From contig JBKICU010000036.1 in assembly GCA_046566965.1 (NCBI GenBank), positions 27,059 through 91,058 on the forward strand: a DNA stretch of 64,000 bases, in the 5' to 3' direction. Source of the stretch: Acidobacteriota bacterium (GTDB lineage Bacteria > Desulfobacterota > Desulfovibrionia > Desulfovibrionales > Desulfovibrionaceae). This document shows positions 45,198 through 55,360 of the stretch, piece by piece; within the stretch, counting starts at the first letter, position 1, and each line of letters opens with the position of its first letter. The notes under the pieces are model-generated. The model searched no databases. It was not told the origin of the DNA and was given only the letters and a program-made list of their open reading frames with translations. The translations under genes and the position numbers were made by a program.

Positions 45198-47030
45198 ATG
45201 AGCACCATCGTATCCCTGCGCGACGTCGCCAAATCCTACGGAGCCCGGAACCTCTTCAACAATATCTCGCTCACCATCCACCAGGGCGAGCGCATCGGCC
45301 TCATCGGAGCCAACGGGTCGGGCAAGTCCACCCTTATGCGCATCCTGGCGGGGGTGGAGACTCCGGATTCCGGCGAGCGCACCCTTCGCCGCCAGGCCCG
45401 CCTGGCCTATCTGGCCCAGGAGGACTCCTTCGCGCCGGGCCTCAGCGTGGAAGACGTGGTGGCAGAGCCGCTGCGGGGCGCGGGCCTTTCCGATGCGGAA
45501 GTGCATGCGCGCGCGGGCACGGCCCTCAGCAAGACCGGTTTCACCGATCCCACCCTGGCGGCAGAGAGCCTGTCCGGCGGCTGGTGCAAGCGCCTGGCCC
45601 TGGCCAGGGCTCTGGTGCAGGAGCCGGACGTGCTGCTCCTGGACGAGCCCACCAACCACCTGGACCTGGATTCGGTGCTGTGGCTCGAGAAGCTTCTGCG
45701 CGGCGCACGCTTCGCCTACGTGGTCATAAGCCATGACAGATACTTCCTGGAGAACGCCACAAACCGCACGGTGGACCTGGACCACGCCTACCCCGAAGGG
45801 TTTCTCAGCGTGGACGGTCCCTACAGCACGTTCCTGGAAAAACGCGCGGATTTCCTTTCCGCCCAGGCGGGGCTCGAGCAGGCTTTGGCCTCCAAGGTGC
45901 GCCGCGAGGTGGAGTGGCTGCGACGCGGCCCCAAGGCCCGCACCACCAAGGCCAAGGCCCGCATCGACGAAGCCGGGCGGCTCATCAGGGAACTGGCCGG
46001 AACCCGCGAGCGCAACGCCCTGACCGAACGCGCCGGGATTGACTTCGCCGGAACCGCCCGCCAGACCAAGCGCCTCATGGTGGCCGAGGGCGTGGGCAAG
46101 GCCCTTGGCGGGCGCACCCTGTTCGAGAACCTGGATATCGTCCTGTCTCCGGGCATGCGCCTTGGGCTGGTAGGGGCCAACGGCAGCGGCAAGTCCACGC
46201 TGCTGCGCCTGCTGGCAGGCGAGGACAAGCCGGACTCGGGCAAGGTGACCCGCGCCCCGGCCCTGCAGGTGGCCTTCTTCGACCAGAACCGCGAACAGCT
46301 GGACAAGGAGCAGAGCCTGCGCCGGGCCTTCGCGCCCCACGGCGACGCCGTGGTCTACCGGGACCGCTCCATCCACGTGGCCTCCTGGGCCAAACGCTTT
46401 CTCTTCCGGCCCGAACAGCTTGACCTGCCGGTGGGGCTTCTCTCCGGCGGCGAACAGGCCCGGGTGCTCATCGCGCGGCTCATGCTGCGCCCGGCGGACG
46501 TTCTGTTGCTGGACGAGCCCACCAACGACCTGGACATCCCCACCCTGGAGGTCCTGGAGGACAGCCTGTCGGATTTCCCCGGCGCTGTGGTGCTCATCAC
46601 CCACGACCGCTACCTGCTGGACACCGTGTCCACGGTGATCCTCGGCCTGGACGGGCAGGGCGGCACCGTGGCCCTGGCGGACTACGCCCAGTGGGAGGAG
46701 GTCCGCCGCGAGATGGACAAGGCCGCCGCGGCCAAGTCCCAGGAGGCAGGGGAGGCTGCCCCCGCGCCCAAGGCGCGCCCGGCGAAACCCGCGCAGAAAA
46801 AGCTGACCTACAAGGAGCAGCGCGAGTGGGACTCCATGGAGGAGGCCATCGCCCAGGCCGAGTCTGTGCTTGCCGCCTGCGACGAAGCCCTGAACGACCC
46901 CGCCGTCGCCGCCCGTCACGACGAGTTGCAGGCGCGGCTCGTCCGCCAGCAGGAGGCCCAGGCCGAGGTGGACCGCCTCTACGCCCGCTGGGCCGAACTG
47001 GAAGAGAAGCAGTCCCAGGCCTCCCTCTAG
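45198..47030 (+). CDS. ABC-F family ATPase (Uup-like)
   Basis: Two GANGSGKST/LSGG/LLDEPTN cassettes, PKARTTK linker, C-terminal KKLTYKEQRE coiled coil. Confidence 0.93.
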   Translation: MSTIVSLRDVAKSYGARNLFNNISLTIHQGERIGLIGANGSGKSTLMRILAGVETPDSGERTLRRQARLAYLAQEDSFAPGLSVEDVVAEPLRGAGLSDAEVHARAGTALSKTGFTDPTLAAESLSGGWCKRLALARALVQEPDVLLLDEPTNHLDLDSVLWLEKLLRGARFAYVVISHDRYFLENATNRTVDLDHAYPEGFLSVDGPYSTFLEKRADFLSAQAGLEQALASKVRREVEWLRRGPKARTTKAKARIDEAGRLIRELAGTRERNALTERAGIDFAGTARQTKRLMVAEGVGKALGGRTLFENLDIVLSPGMRLGLVGANGSGKSTLLRLLAGEDKPDSGKVTRAPALQVAFFDQNREQLDKEQSLRRAFAPHGDAVVYRDRSIHVASWAKRFLFRPEQLDLPVGLLSGGEQARVLIARLMLRPADVLLLDEPTNDLDIPTLEVLEDSLSDFPGAVVLITHDRYLLDTVSTVILGLDGQGGTVALADYAQWEEVRREMDKAAAAKSQEAGEAAPAPKARPAKPAQKKLTYKEQREWDSMEEAIAQAESVLAACDEALNDPAVAARHDELQARLVRQQEAQAEVDRLYARWAELEEKQSQASL

Positions 47031-47369
47031 CCGGCTCACGGGGGCGAGGAGCATCCGCTGCCGGGTGTGTTTTCGGGCGGTCAGCGAACCCGTCCGGGAC
47101 GGCAAGGCAGGGCATTCGCAACCCGTCATCCCTGACGGACTTTTCGTCCGGGCCCGGTCGCGGCTTCGCCAGGCAGGCGTCGTCGCGGTTTTCCGTCCGC
47201 TCCCATGGGGACTTGGCGTGCGGAATCGGTCGCAGCCAAGCCCGGCCCTGTGGCCTTCGGGGAGCGTGTCGTCCGCAGGCAGGTCTGATTGGTTCCCGCC
47301 ATCCAATCGTAACCGCGTCACCGTAAATCAGGCCGGACCCGCCAAGGAATCCGGGTCTGGAGGTGCGCC

Positions 47370-47870
47370 GTGCGCGAATTCACCGAGTCCGAACAGGCCG
47401 TGCTGCGAATCGTCGAACAGTTCGACCATGTGGCGAAATATCAGGGCATAACCCCCGAGGAATATCTGGTGGGCTTCAGGGAGGACGTCCTGCGGGGGCT
47501 CATCAGGGACGACATCCTGGAAAAGGTGAAGCTCAAGTCTTTCAGCCAGCGGATAAAGGGGCTTCGGCTCACAGCCCGGGGCGGGCAGCTCTGGCGCCTG
47601 TCCAACTGCCAGGAGTGCGTGCTTCTGCCCCTGTCCGACATGGACCTGCTGCTGCGCGACATCTACCTGCACACGCGGCTGTCCTACACCGAGGAGGCCG
47701 TGGCCAGGAGCCAGCTCCTGAAGTACCACTCCAGGGAGAGCCTCATGGAAGCCTACGGGCTGGGGCTGGTGGCCAAGGTCAAGATCAAGCAGAAGCAGCG
47801 CGACGTGGTGAAGGGCTACATCGCCACCGGCGCCGGGTACGCCTGGCTTCGGGGCAACAAGCTGATCTGA
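47370..47870 (+). CDS. Hypothetical protein with internal two-fold repeat
   Basis: GTG after GGAGG; host-like codon usage. Confidence 0.7.
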   Translation: MREFTESEQAVLRIVEQFDHVAKYQGITPEEYLVGFREDVLRGLIRDDILEKVKLKSFSQRIKGLRLTARGGQLWRLSNCQECVLLPLSDMDLLLRDIYLHTRLSYTEEAVARSQLLKYHSRESLMEAYGLGLVAKVKIKQKQRDVVKGYIATGAGYAWLRGNKLI

Positions 47871-47877
47871 GGCGCGG

Positions 47878-48117
47878 CTACTTCTTGCGGTAGCCCTTGG
47901 CCGTCATGCACTTGTCCACCAGTTCCTCGATGCGCTCCGAACGGTCGCCGTCCTTCACGGCCGATCCCACGGAGCGCGAGGCCTCCCAGTCGCATTCGTT
48001 GTAGTCCCGCTCTTCCTGGGTCAGTTCCGCATCGACCTTGGTGTACTTGTCCCTGCCGGAGCATCCCCACAGCAGGAGAGCGGCGGCGGCAAGGATGAGA
48101 ACATTCTTTGAGCGCAT
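47878..48117 (-). CDS. Small lipoprotein
   Basis: MRSKNVLILAAAALLLWGC lipobox; two further Cys (ECDWEA, KCM.AKGY). Confidence 0.8.
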   Translation of the reverse strand: MRSKNVLILAAAALLLWGCSGRDKYTKVDAELTQEERDYNECDWEASRSVGSAVKDGDRSERIEELVDKCMTAKGYRKK

Positions 48118-48404
48118 GGTGTCCTCCGGTTCATAGCCAGGTGAGTGCCAGAATGTAAAAGGCCATGCCCGACAGGGCGAATACGGCATCGGCTCGCGTC
48201 AGGGTGATGTCTGTGTTCATCCCACACCTTTACTCCGGTCCGCAGGAGCAAGCAATACCGGCTCCGCATTTGGCGTAACAGAAGCAATACTTTCCACCCG
48301 TTGCCCCTGCGGCCCATCTGGGATAGGCTCCCTGCGAAGACCCGCAAGACGCTCGCAGGTTCGGCGGACGCTCCGCCCACCGGCAAAGCCACCCAGGGAG
48401 CTGC

Positions 48405-50243
48405 ATGACCCGCAAGTTCGTCATCATCGCCACCACCGCCCTGCTGCTCATGGGCGTGGTGATGTGGCAGCTGGGGCTGCGCGCCCAGAACGAGCTCCAG
48501 GCCGTGGCCACGGACCAGTTCAACCGCCAGCAGCTCATCCTGGCCAAGAAGGTCTCCCAGGACATCGAGCAGCACTTCGACTTCCTGCGGGCGAGCCTCC
48601 TGGAACTCACCAGCATCTGGCGCAAGCATCCGGATTTCATGGGCTCGCCCGAGCGGGCCCTGCCTCCGTTCCAGGAAATCCTGCGTTTCAGCGACGTGCT
48701 GGCCATCGGATACGTGTCTCCCGGCAGCCAGGCGGTGGCGCTCTATAATGAAGAGGGCCTGCTTCGGGGCATGCCCGCCCTGGACTACGGCCCGTTCGTG
48801 CATTGGGCGCGCGGGGCGGACCTTAGCCGCGAGGTGCTGGTGGGCCCGGTGGAGGCTCCGGAGAGCGGGCCTTTCGCGGGCAGGACCATCCTGCGCATGG
48901 CCGCCCGGCACTGGCCCGCAGAGGCGACCACCGACCAGCCCGGCGTGATTTTCCTGGTGGTGGACGTGCAGGCCGTTGCCTGGCGCTACTCCCACGACGT
49001 CCGCTCCGGACGCACCGGCTACGCCTGGGTGCTGGACCAGCGCGGCTATTTCCTGGACCACCACGTGGACCAGTTCATCGCGCGCGACGCCTTCAGCGTC
49101 CGCAAACAGCGCGACCCCAAGGTGGATTTCGAACGCATCGACTGGATCATGCGCGACCGCATGATGGCCGGTGCGGAAGGCGTGGACTGGTACATTTCCG
49201 GCTGGCACCGGGGCGAGGTGGGCGTGGTCAAGAAGCTCATCGCCTTCACCCCGGTCTTCATCGCGCGAAACCAGAACCCCCCTGTGCGCTGGGGCGTGGC
49301 CGTGGTGGCCCCGGTGGACGAGGTGGAGGACATCATCGGCCGGGCGGCGCTTCGCGAGATGCTCATGGTGGCCGCCTTCCAGGTGGTTGTGTTCCTGGGG
49401 CTTGGCGTGACCATGTTCTTCGCCTTCCGCTGGTCCGGCAGCCTCAAGGCCGAGGTGGAGGCGCGCACCACGGAGCTGCGCGAGGCCCGGGACAAGCTCC
49501 GCCAGAACCTTCAGGAATTGCTGCGGACCCAGGAGCGCCTCATCCGCTCCGAACGCTTCGCCGCCGTGGGAGAGGCCGCCGCACACATCTCCCACGAGAT
49601 CAAGAATCCGCTCATGCTCATGGGCGGCTTCGCGCGCCAGGTGCGCCGCACCCTCCCCGAGAAAGGCAAGGAGGCGCAGAAGCTTGCGCTCATCGAAGAG
49701 GAGGCCAAGCGTCTGGAAACCATGCTGGAGGAAGTGCGCGACTTCACCCGTCCCGCCACCCCCAAGCTGACGTCCGGGGACGTGAACGCCACGGTGTGGG
49801 AGACGGCCATGCTCATGGAGGCGGACCTGGCCTCGCGCGGGGTGAAGCTGACCACCAACCTGGACAAGACCATTCCGCCCGCGCCGCACGATCCGTCGCA
49901 GATGCGCCAGGTGCTCCTGAACCTCATCAAGAACGCCGCCGAAGCCATGCCCCGGGGCGGCCAGATTGCGCTGACCAGCCGCCTGCGCGAAGGCACGGTG
50001 GAAGTGGAAGTGAAGGACGACGGGCCGGGCCTCACGCCCGAGCAGGCCCGGCAGGTGTTCAACCCGTTCTACACCACCAAGGAGCGCGGCACCGGTCTGG
50101 GGCTTGCCGTGTGCTATCGCATCATGCACGACCACGGCGGCGACATCCGGCTGGAGTCGGAGGCAGGCGCGGGCTGCGTTTTCACCGTCAGCCTGCCCGT
50201 GGACAAGGACCGGCAATACCCGGAGGCCGGGTCGGCCGAGTGA
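48405..50243 (+). CDS. Sensor histidine kinase (Cache-like periplasmic domain)
   Basis: GYAWVLD Cache motif, SHEIKNPL, NAAEAM, GTGLGL. Confidence 0.93.
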   Translation: MTRKFVIIATTALLLMGVVMWQLGLRAQNELQAVATDQFNRQQLILAKKVSQDIEQHFDFLRASLLELTSIWRKHPDFMGSPERALPPFQEILRFSDVLAIGYVSPGSQAVALYNEEGLLRGMPALDYGPFVHWARGADLSREVLVGPVEAPESGPFAGRTILRMAARHWPAEATTDQPGVIFLVVDVQAVAWRYSHDVRSGRTGYAWVLDQRGYFLDHHVDQFIARDAFSVRKQRDPKVDFERIDWIMRDRMMAGAEGVDWYISGWHRGEVGVVKKLIAFTPVFIARNQNPPVRWGVAVVAPVDEVEDIIGRAALREMLMVAAFQVVVFLGLGVTMFFAFRWSGSLKAEVEARTTELREARDKLRQNLQELLRTQERLIRSERFAAVGEAAAHISHEIKNPLMLMGGFARQVRRTLPEKGKEAQKLALIEEEAKRLETMLEEVRDFTRPATPKLTSGDVNATVWETAMLMEADLASRGVKLTTNLDKTIPPAPHDPSQMRQVLLNLIKNAAEAMPRGGQIALTSRLREGTVEVEVKDDGPGLTPEQARQVFNPFYTTKERGTGLGLAVCYRIMHDHGGDIRLESEAGAGCVFTVSLPVDKDRQYPEAGSAE

Positions 50244-50344
50244 AGCCGGAAAGCCGGACGCCTGTTTCGCACGCTTCGCGCGTGCCTTTCCCGGGAGGCG
50301 GTTGCCTCATTCGAGGCAAGACGCCTTCCGCACAAGGGAAGTGG

Positions 50345-51637
50345 TCAGGACTCCCGGCCCTGGTGCCAGCGCTCCATGTGGCGGGCGTGGGTCTCCAGGT
50401 ACGCGCCCGGCTTGAAGAACCTGTCGTAGAACTCCGTGTCCAGATGGAAGGCCTGGAGGTAAGGCAGGCAGAAGATGCTGGGCGCGCTGCCCGGAAACTT
50501 GCCGAAGGTGTCGTACACGTACTGGGACTGCAGGGCCACGCAGGCCCTGAAACGCTCGTCGTGGACGGCCGCCGCGCGGCGAACCTGCGGGGAATCCTTC
50601 CAGGGGCCGGGAGTGGCAGGATGGAAGGGGCCTCCCGGGCCGAACTTGCGTTCGCACACCGCCTCCACGGCCGCGCGCATGTCCGCGTGATGGGGCGGAC
50701 AGAATCCCTCCATGACCCCGGCCAGTCCCGTGGGGTTGGGCAGCGGCCAACGCTCGTCGGTGTCGAAGCGGAACCCCAGGCCGGGCGCGCGGGGATCGCC
50801 GCTGGCCCCCAGCACCGCGAAAGGGTCCATGCCGTTGAAGACCCAACCGCCCAGGCCCATGGCCTGCAAGAGCAGCGCTCCCGCGTAGCAGGAGCAGGCC
50901 AGTTCCGAGGTCAATTCCCCAAGGCACCACTGCTCCAGGAAGCTCAGGGGCATGGGATGGTCCACGTCGGCCAGGTCCCGATAGGCTTCCAGGCCGGGGA
51001 TGGCGCGGCGGTTGGCGTCGTCCTGGAAGACCACCCCGTTCTGCAGGTAGTAGCACAGCGCCAGCAGGACATGCTGGGCCAGGTCGCCCACCGGGATCAC
51101 CAGCAGGGTGCCGGGCCGGTTCACCACCCAGGTGTTGTGCGGTTCGATGAAGGGAGGCTCTCCGGGGACGCCCAGGCGGGCGTCCTGGAGCGTGCGCACG
51201 CGGCCCCGGTGGGCTTCGAGCATGGCCTCGAGGTCCAGGCCGCCGTTTTCTCCGCGCTCTGCCCAGGCCGGGGCGTCGCGGGTATCCAGCATGTAGACCC
51301 CGGTGTCGTCGGTGAAGAAGGTCTGGCTGGTCTCGAACCCGGCGGCCGAGGGGAAGGTCCGCCCGCCCGCCGCCGCGCTGTAGTTGGACAGCCTGGGAGC
51401 GTAGGGGGCGGCGCGGAAGAGCATGTGGTGCCAGCTGGTGTTTCCGCCGCAGGCCGTGGTCACCAGCATGGTCTCCAATTCCGAGAGGGGGCTTGGAGGC
51501 TGGCTGCTCTTGTGGGCAAAGATCCCGTCGGGGATTTCCATGCCCAGGCCGAAGCGGCGCGAGCGGCGTCCGAGCAGGGCGGAGATCAGGGGATAGTCCA
51601 GCAGGTCCTGAAATCCCGGGGGATGAGTCTGGTTCAT
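50345..51637 (-). CDS. Uncharacterised nitroreductase/SagB-like flavoprotein
   Basis: RRSRRF, RTFPSAAG, LQAMGLGGW motifs; start at MNQTHP after GGAGG. Confidence 0.6.
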   Translation of the reverse strand: MNQTHPPGFQDLLDYPLISALLGRRSRRFGLGMEIPDGIFAHKSSQPPSPLSELETMLVTTACGGNTSWHHMLFRAAPYAPRLSNYSAAAGGRTFPSAAGFETSQTFFTDDTGVYMLDTRDAPAWAERGENGGLDLEAMLEAHRGRVRTLQDARLGVPGEPPFIEPHNTWVVNRPGTLLVIPVGDLAQHVLLALCYYLQNGVVFQDDANRRAIPGLEAYRDLADVDHPMPLSFLEQWCLGELTSELACSCYAGALLLQAMGLGGWVFNGMDPFAVLGASGDPRAPGLGFRFDTDERWPLPNPTGLAGVMEGFCPPHHADMRAAVEAVCERKFGPGGPFHPATPGPWKDSPQVRRAAAVHDERFRACVALQSQYVYDTFGKFPGSAPSIFCLPYLQAFHLDTEFYDRFFKPGAYLETHARHMERWHQGRES

Positions 51638-51863
51638 GAGATGCCTCCTGGGGCAGAGTGCGGCCGCCGGGCATGCGCCATCTGGCGGGACTTGGGCTAT
51701 CGGTAGCGCAATTTCCGGAAAAGGTCTCCATGGAGGGGACAAGGGACTAGCTTTTGCCGCAACTTCCGGGCATAAGCGCAGCCGCGCCATGGTTCGCGTC
51801 CTGGGGCCGCATCCGGGGCCTCGAAGAAAGTTTGAAATAAACGCAGGGGAATGATGATGTTGC

Positions 51864-51892
51864 TTGACAAGTTTCGAGTCCAAGCATAAACA
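51864..51892 (+). promoter_or_regulatory. Sigma70 promoter of tRNA-Val
   Basis: TTGACA-17 nt-TAAACA. Confidence 0.6.
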
Positions 51893-51913
51893 GACCCTTC
51901 GTTTTGCCCGTGT

Positions 51914-51988
51914 AGGACCGTAGCTCAGGGGGAGAGCACTTGCTTGACACGCAAGGGGTCGGGAGTTCAAATCTCCCCGGTCCTACCA
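51914..51988 (+). tRNA. tRNA-Val(GAC)
   Basis: AGGACCG/CGGTCCT acceptor stem, CTTGC-TTGACAC-GCAAG anticodon arm, GTTCAAATC, CCA. Confidence 0.97.
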
Positions 51989-51999
51989 CACGACCCCAC

Positions 52000-52024
52000 A
52001 GGGAGGCGCAGCCTCCCTTTTTTT
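52000..52024 (+). terminator. Terminator between tRNA-Val and thrS
   Basis: AGGGAGGC-GCA-GCCTCCCT followed by a T run. Confidence 0.7.
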
Positions 52025-52044
52025 GACGCGCAGGGAGCGACAGC

Positions 52045-53982
52045 GTGAATATTCGCGTCGGTGATCAAATCGTCGAGGCCCAGGCCGGTCAGTCGGTCGG
52101 GGAGGTGCTTGCCAAAGCCCTTTCCGGAAAGGCCTACAAGAACACGGTAGTGGCTCGCTGCGGCGAGGCGCTTCTGGATTTGTCCGCCCCCCTGCCAGGT
52201 ACCTGTACTGAACTCACCCCCATCGCAGCCAGCAGCCCCGAAGGCGTGGACGTCATCCGGCACTCCACGGCCCACGTGCTGGCCGAGGCCGTGAAAAAGC
52301 TGTTCCCCGCCGCCCAGGTCACCATCGGCCCGGCAATCGAGAACGGCTTCTACTACGATTTCGCGTACGAGCGCCCCTTCACCATCGACGACCTGGAGTC
52401 CATTCAGGCCGAGATGGAGAAGATCGTTGCCGCAAACCATCCCTTCACCTGCCGCGCGGCCACCAAGCCCGAGGCCGCTGCCGTGTTCAAGGGCATGGGC
52501 GAGGAGTACAAGCTCGAGGTGCTGGAGGCCATCCCCGCAGACGGCGTCTCGCTGTACACCCAGGGAAATTTTGTCGATCTGTGCCGTGGCCCCCACGTGC
52601 CCTCCACGGGATTCCTCAAGGCCTTCAAGCTCACCCACGTGGCCGGAGCCTACTGGCGCGGCGACGAGAAGCGCCCGATGCTCTCGCGCATCTACGGCGC
52701 GGCCTTTGCCGATCCCAAGGAGCTCAAGGCCTACCTGAACCGCCTGGAGGAAGCCAAGAAGCGCGACCATCGCCGCCTGGGCACCCAGCTGGACCTGTTC
52801 AGCTTCTCCGAGGAGGCTGGCGCGGGCATGGTGATCTGGCACCCCAAGGGCGCGCTGGTGCGCACCATCCTGGAAGACTTCGAGCGCAAGGAGCACCTGC
52901 GCCGCGGGTATAATATCGTCCAGGGCCCGCAGCTTCTGAAGCGCGACCTCTGGGAGCGCTCCGGGCACTACGAGAACTACCGCGAGAACATGTATTTCAC
53001 CGAGATCGACGAGCAGGCCTACGGCGTCAAGCCCATGAACTGCCTGTCGCACATGCTGATCTACAAGTCGCGCCTGCGCTCCTACCGCGACCTGCCCATG
53101 CGCTACTTCGAGCTGGGCGTGGTGCACCGCCACGAGAAGTCCGGCGTGCTGCACGGCCTGTTGCGCGTGCGCCAGTTCACCCAGGACGACGCGCACATCA
53201 TCTGCCGCCCGGACCAGCTGCAGGACGAGATCATCGGCATCATCAACTTCGTGAAAGACGTGGTGGACCTGTTCGGCTTCGAGTTCGAAGCCCAGCTCTC
53301 CACCCGCCCTGAGAAGTCCATCGGGTCCGACGAGGCGTGGGAACTGGCCACCAGCGCGCTTTCCCAGGCCATGCAGGCCATCGACATGCCCTTCACCATC
53401 AATGAGGGCGACGGCGCGTTCTACGGACCCAAGATTGACATCAAACTCAAGGATGCTTTAGATCGCCGGTGGCAGTGCGCGACCATTCAGTGCGATTTCA
53501 CCTTGCCGGAACGCTTCGACCTGACATACACCGGTCAGGATGGCGAAAAGCACCGGCCCGTGATGTTGCACCGCGTCGTGCTTGGCGCCGTGGAGAGGTT
53601 CCTGGGTGTGCTCATCGAGCACACGGCGGGGGCTTTCCCCACGTGGCTCGCGCCGGTGCAGGCACGTATTTTGACGGTTACCGAAGCCCATGACGCCCAC
53701 GCGGCCCTCGTGTTCGAGCGCCTGCGCGACGCGGGAATCCGCGTCGAGGCCGACACGCGCAACGAAAAGCTGGGCTACAAGGTGCGCGAGGCTCAACTGG
53801 AGAAGATCCCCTACATGCTGGTCATCGGGGATCAGGAGCTTGAGCAGGGCGGCGTGAACGTACGCCTGCGTTCGGGCGAGAATTTGGGACTGAAGGGAGT
53901 GGACGAGGTCATTCAGGCCATCCTGGAAGACTGCCAGGCCCCATTCAAACGAGGAGGAATGCGCTATATCTTCTGCCAGTGA
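52045..53982 (+). CDS. thrS: Threonine--tRNA ligase
   Basis: [27 protein letters not shown]. Confidence 0.98.
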   Translation: MNIRVGDQIVEAQAGQSVGEVLAKALSGKAYKNTVVARCGEALLDLSAPLPGTCTELTPIAASSPEGVDVIRHSTAHVLAEAVKKLFPAAQVTIGPAIENGFYYDFAYERPFTIDDLESIQAEMEKIVAANHPFTCRAATKPEAAAVFKGMGEEYKLEVLEAIPADGVSLYTQGNFVDLCRGPHVPSTGFLKAFKLTHVAGAYWRGDEKRPMLSRIYGAAFADPKELKAYLNRLEEAKKRDHRRLGTQLDLFSFSEEAGAGMVIWHPKGALVRTILEDFERKEHLRRGYNIVQGPQLLKRDLWERSGHYENYRENMYFTEIDEQAYGVKPMNCLSHMLIYKSRLRSYRDLPMRYFELGVVHRHEKSGVLHGLLRVRQFTQDDAHIICRPDQLQDEIIGIINFVKDVVDLFGFEFEAQLSTRPEKSIGSDEAWELATSALSQAMQAIDMPFTINEGDGAFYGPKIDIKLKDALDRRWQCATIQCDFTLPERFDLTYTGQDGEKHRPVMLHRVVLGAVERFLGVLIEHTAGAFPTWLAPVQARILTVTEAHDAHAALVFERLRDAGIRVEADTRNEKLGYKVREAQLEKIPYMLVIGDQELEQGGVNVRLRSGENLGLKGVDEVIQAILEDCQAPFKRGGMRYIFCQ

Positions 53983-54496
53983 CACCGCCCGCTGCAATCA
54001 TCAGATCCGCGCCCGCGAGGTGCGGGTGATCGCTGACGACGGCTCGCAATTGGGTATCATCCCCACCAGCGAAGCCCTTCGACTGGCCCAGGAAAAGGGT
54101 CTGGACCTTGTCGAAGTCGCCGCCGCCGCCGATCCCCCTGTCTGCCGAATCATGGACTACGGCAAGTTCAAGTATCAGCAGCAGAAAAAGCAGCAGGAAG
54201 CCAAGAAGAAGTCCACCGTCATCCTTGTGAAGGAAATCAAAGTCCGGCCCAAGACCGACGAGCACGACTACCTGACCAAGCTCAAGCACATTCGCCGCTT
54301 CCTGGAAGAGGGCGACCGCTGCAAGGTCTCCGTGTTCTTCCGCGGCCGCGAAGTTGTCCACAAGGACCGTGGCGCCGCCATCCTGGCGCGCATCGTGGTG
54401 GACCTCGGCGACCTGGCCAAGGTGGAACAGGAGCCCCGGTTCGAGGGACGCATCATGAACATGATGCTGGCCCCCACCGTGAAAAAGAAGCCCTAG
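53966..54496 (+). CDS. infC: Translation initiation factor IF-3 (probable ATA start)
   Basis: [25 protein letters not shown]; in-frame ATA 8 nt after GGAGG. Confidence 0.93.
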   Translation: MSSASDTARCNHQIRAREVRVIADDGSQLGIIPTSEALRLAQEKGLDLVEVAAAADPPVCRIMDYGKFKYQQQKKQQEAKKKSTVILVKEIKVRPKTDEHDYLTKLKHIRRFLEEGDRCKVSVFFRGREVVHKDRGAAILARIVVDLGDLAKVEQEPRFEGRIMNMMLAPTVKKKP

Positions 54497-54578
54497 GCGC
54501 ATATATACCATTTCCGCAGGCCGCGGCCTGCAGCCCGTCCCGGAAAACCGGGGCGGGCCGTATTTTCAGGAGGATCAC

Positions 54579-54776
54579 ATGCCCAAGATCAAGACCAATA
54601 AATGCGCGGCGAAACGCTTCACCACCACCGGCACCGGCAAGTTCCGCCGTCGCAAGCAGAACAAGCGCCACATCCTGACCAAGAAGACCGCCAAGCGTAA
54701 GCGCTCGCTGTCTTCCTCGGCCATCGTGGACTCGGCCAACGAGGGCGCCGTCAGGCGTCTGCTGCCTTACGCGTAA
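54579..54776 (+). CDS. rpmI: 50S ribosomal protein L35
   Basis: MPKIKT..AAKRF, HILTKK. Confidence 0.98.
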   Translation: MPKIKTNKCAAKRFTTTGTGKFRRRKQNKRHILTKKTAKRKRSLSSSAIVDSANEGAVRRLLPYA

Positions 54777-54787
54777 GGCGCGGCGTG

Positions 54788-54972
54788 TTGGGGCGCTGCC
54801 CCAAACCCCGGCAGGGCTCTGCCCTGCACCCGCCAGGGGGATGATCCCCCTGGACCCTGCAATGAGCTCCGCGACCTGACACGCAATTTTGACGATGTCC
54901 GACGCGAAGCTACTTAAAAAGTTTTTGAAGGAGAGCTCGAGAGGAAACTTTTTTCAAAAAGTTTCCTCTCGA
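54788..54972. repeat. Cluster of intergenic palindromes (REP-like)
   Basis: GGGGCgctGCCCC, GCAGGGCtctGCCCTGC, CCAGGGGGATgATCCCCCTGG and a 17-bp-arm IR at 54937-54972. Confidence 0.65.
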
Positions 54973-55003
54973 TTCCTCTCTTCTCACTCAGGAGGACCAT
55001 CCC

Positions 55004-55360
55004 ATGCGTGTCAAACGCGGACAGGCCGCCCATAAGCGGCACAAGAAGTATCTGAAGTTGGCCAAGGGCTTCGTCGGCGCCCGTTCGGTGCTGTACGAAA
55101 CCGCCCGCGAGAACGTCGAGCGCGCCATGGCCTACGCCTACCGCGACCGCAAGGTGAAGAAGCGCGAATTCCGCAAGCTGTGGATCATGCGCATCAACGC
55201 CGCCGCCCGCGAGAACGGCATAAGCTACGGCAAGTTCATCCACGGCCTGTCGCTGGCCGGCATTGAGCTGGACCGCAAGGTCCTGGCCGACATGGCTGTT
55301 CGCGAGAAGGCCGACTTCGCCAAGCTGGCCGAAGTCGCCAAATCCAAGGTGAGCGTGTGA
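55004..55360 (+). CDS. rplT: 50S ribosomal protein L20
   Basis: [31 protein letters not shown]. Confidence 0.98.
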   Translation: MRVKRGQAAHKRHKKYLKLAKGFVGARSVLYETARENVERAMAYAYRDRKVKKREFRKLWIMRINAAARENGISYGKFIHGLSLAGIELDRKVLADMAVREKADFAKLAEVAKSKVSV

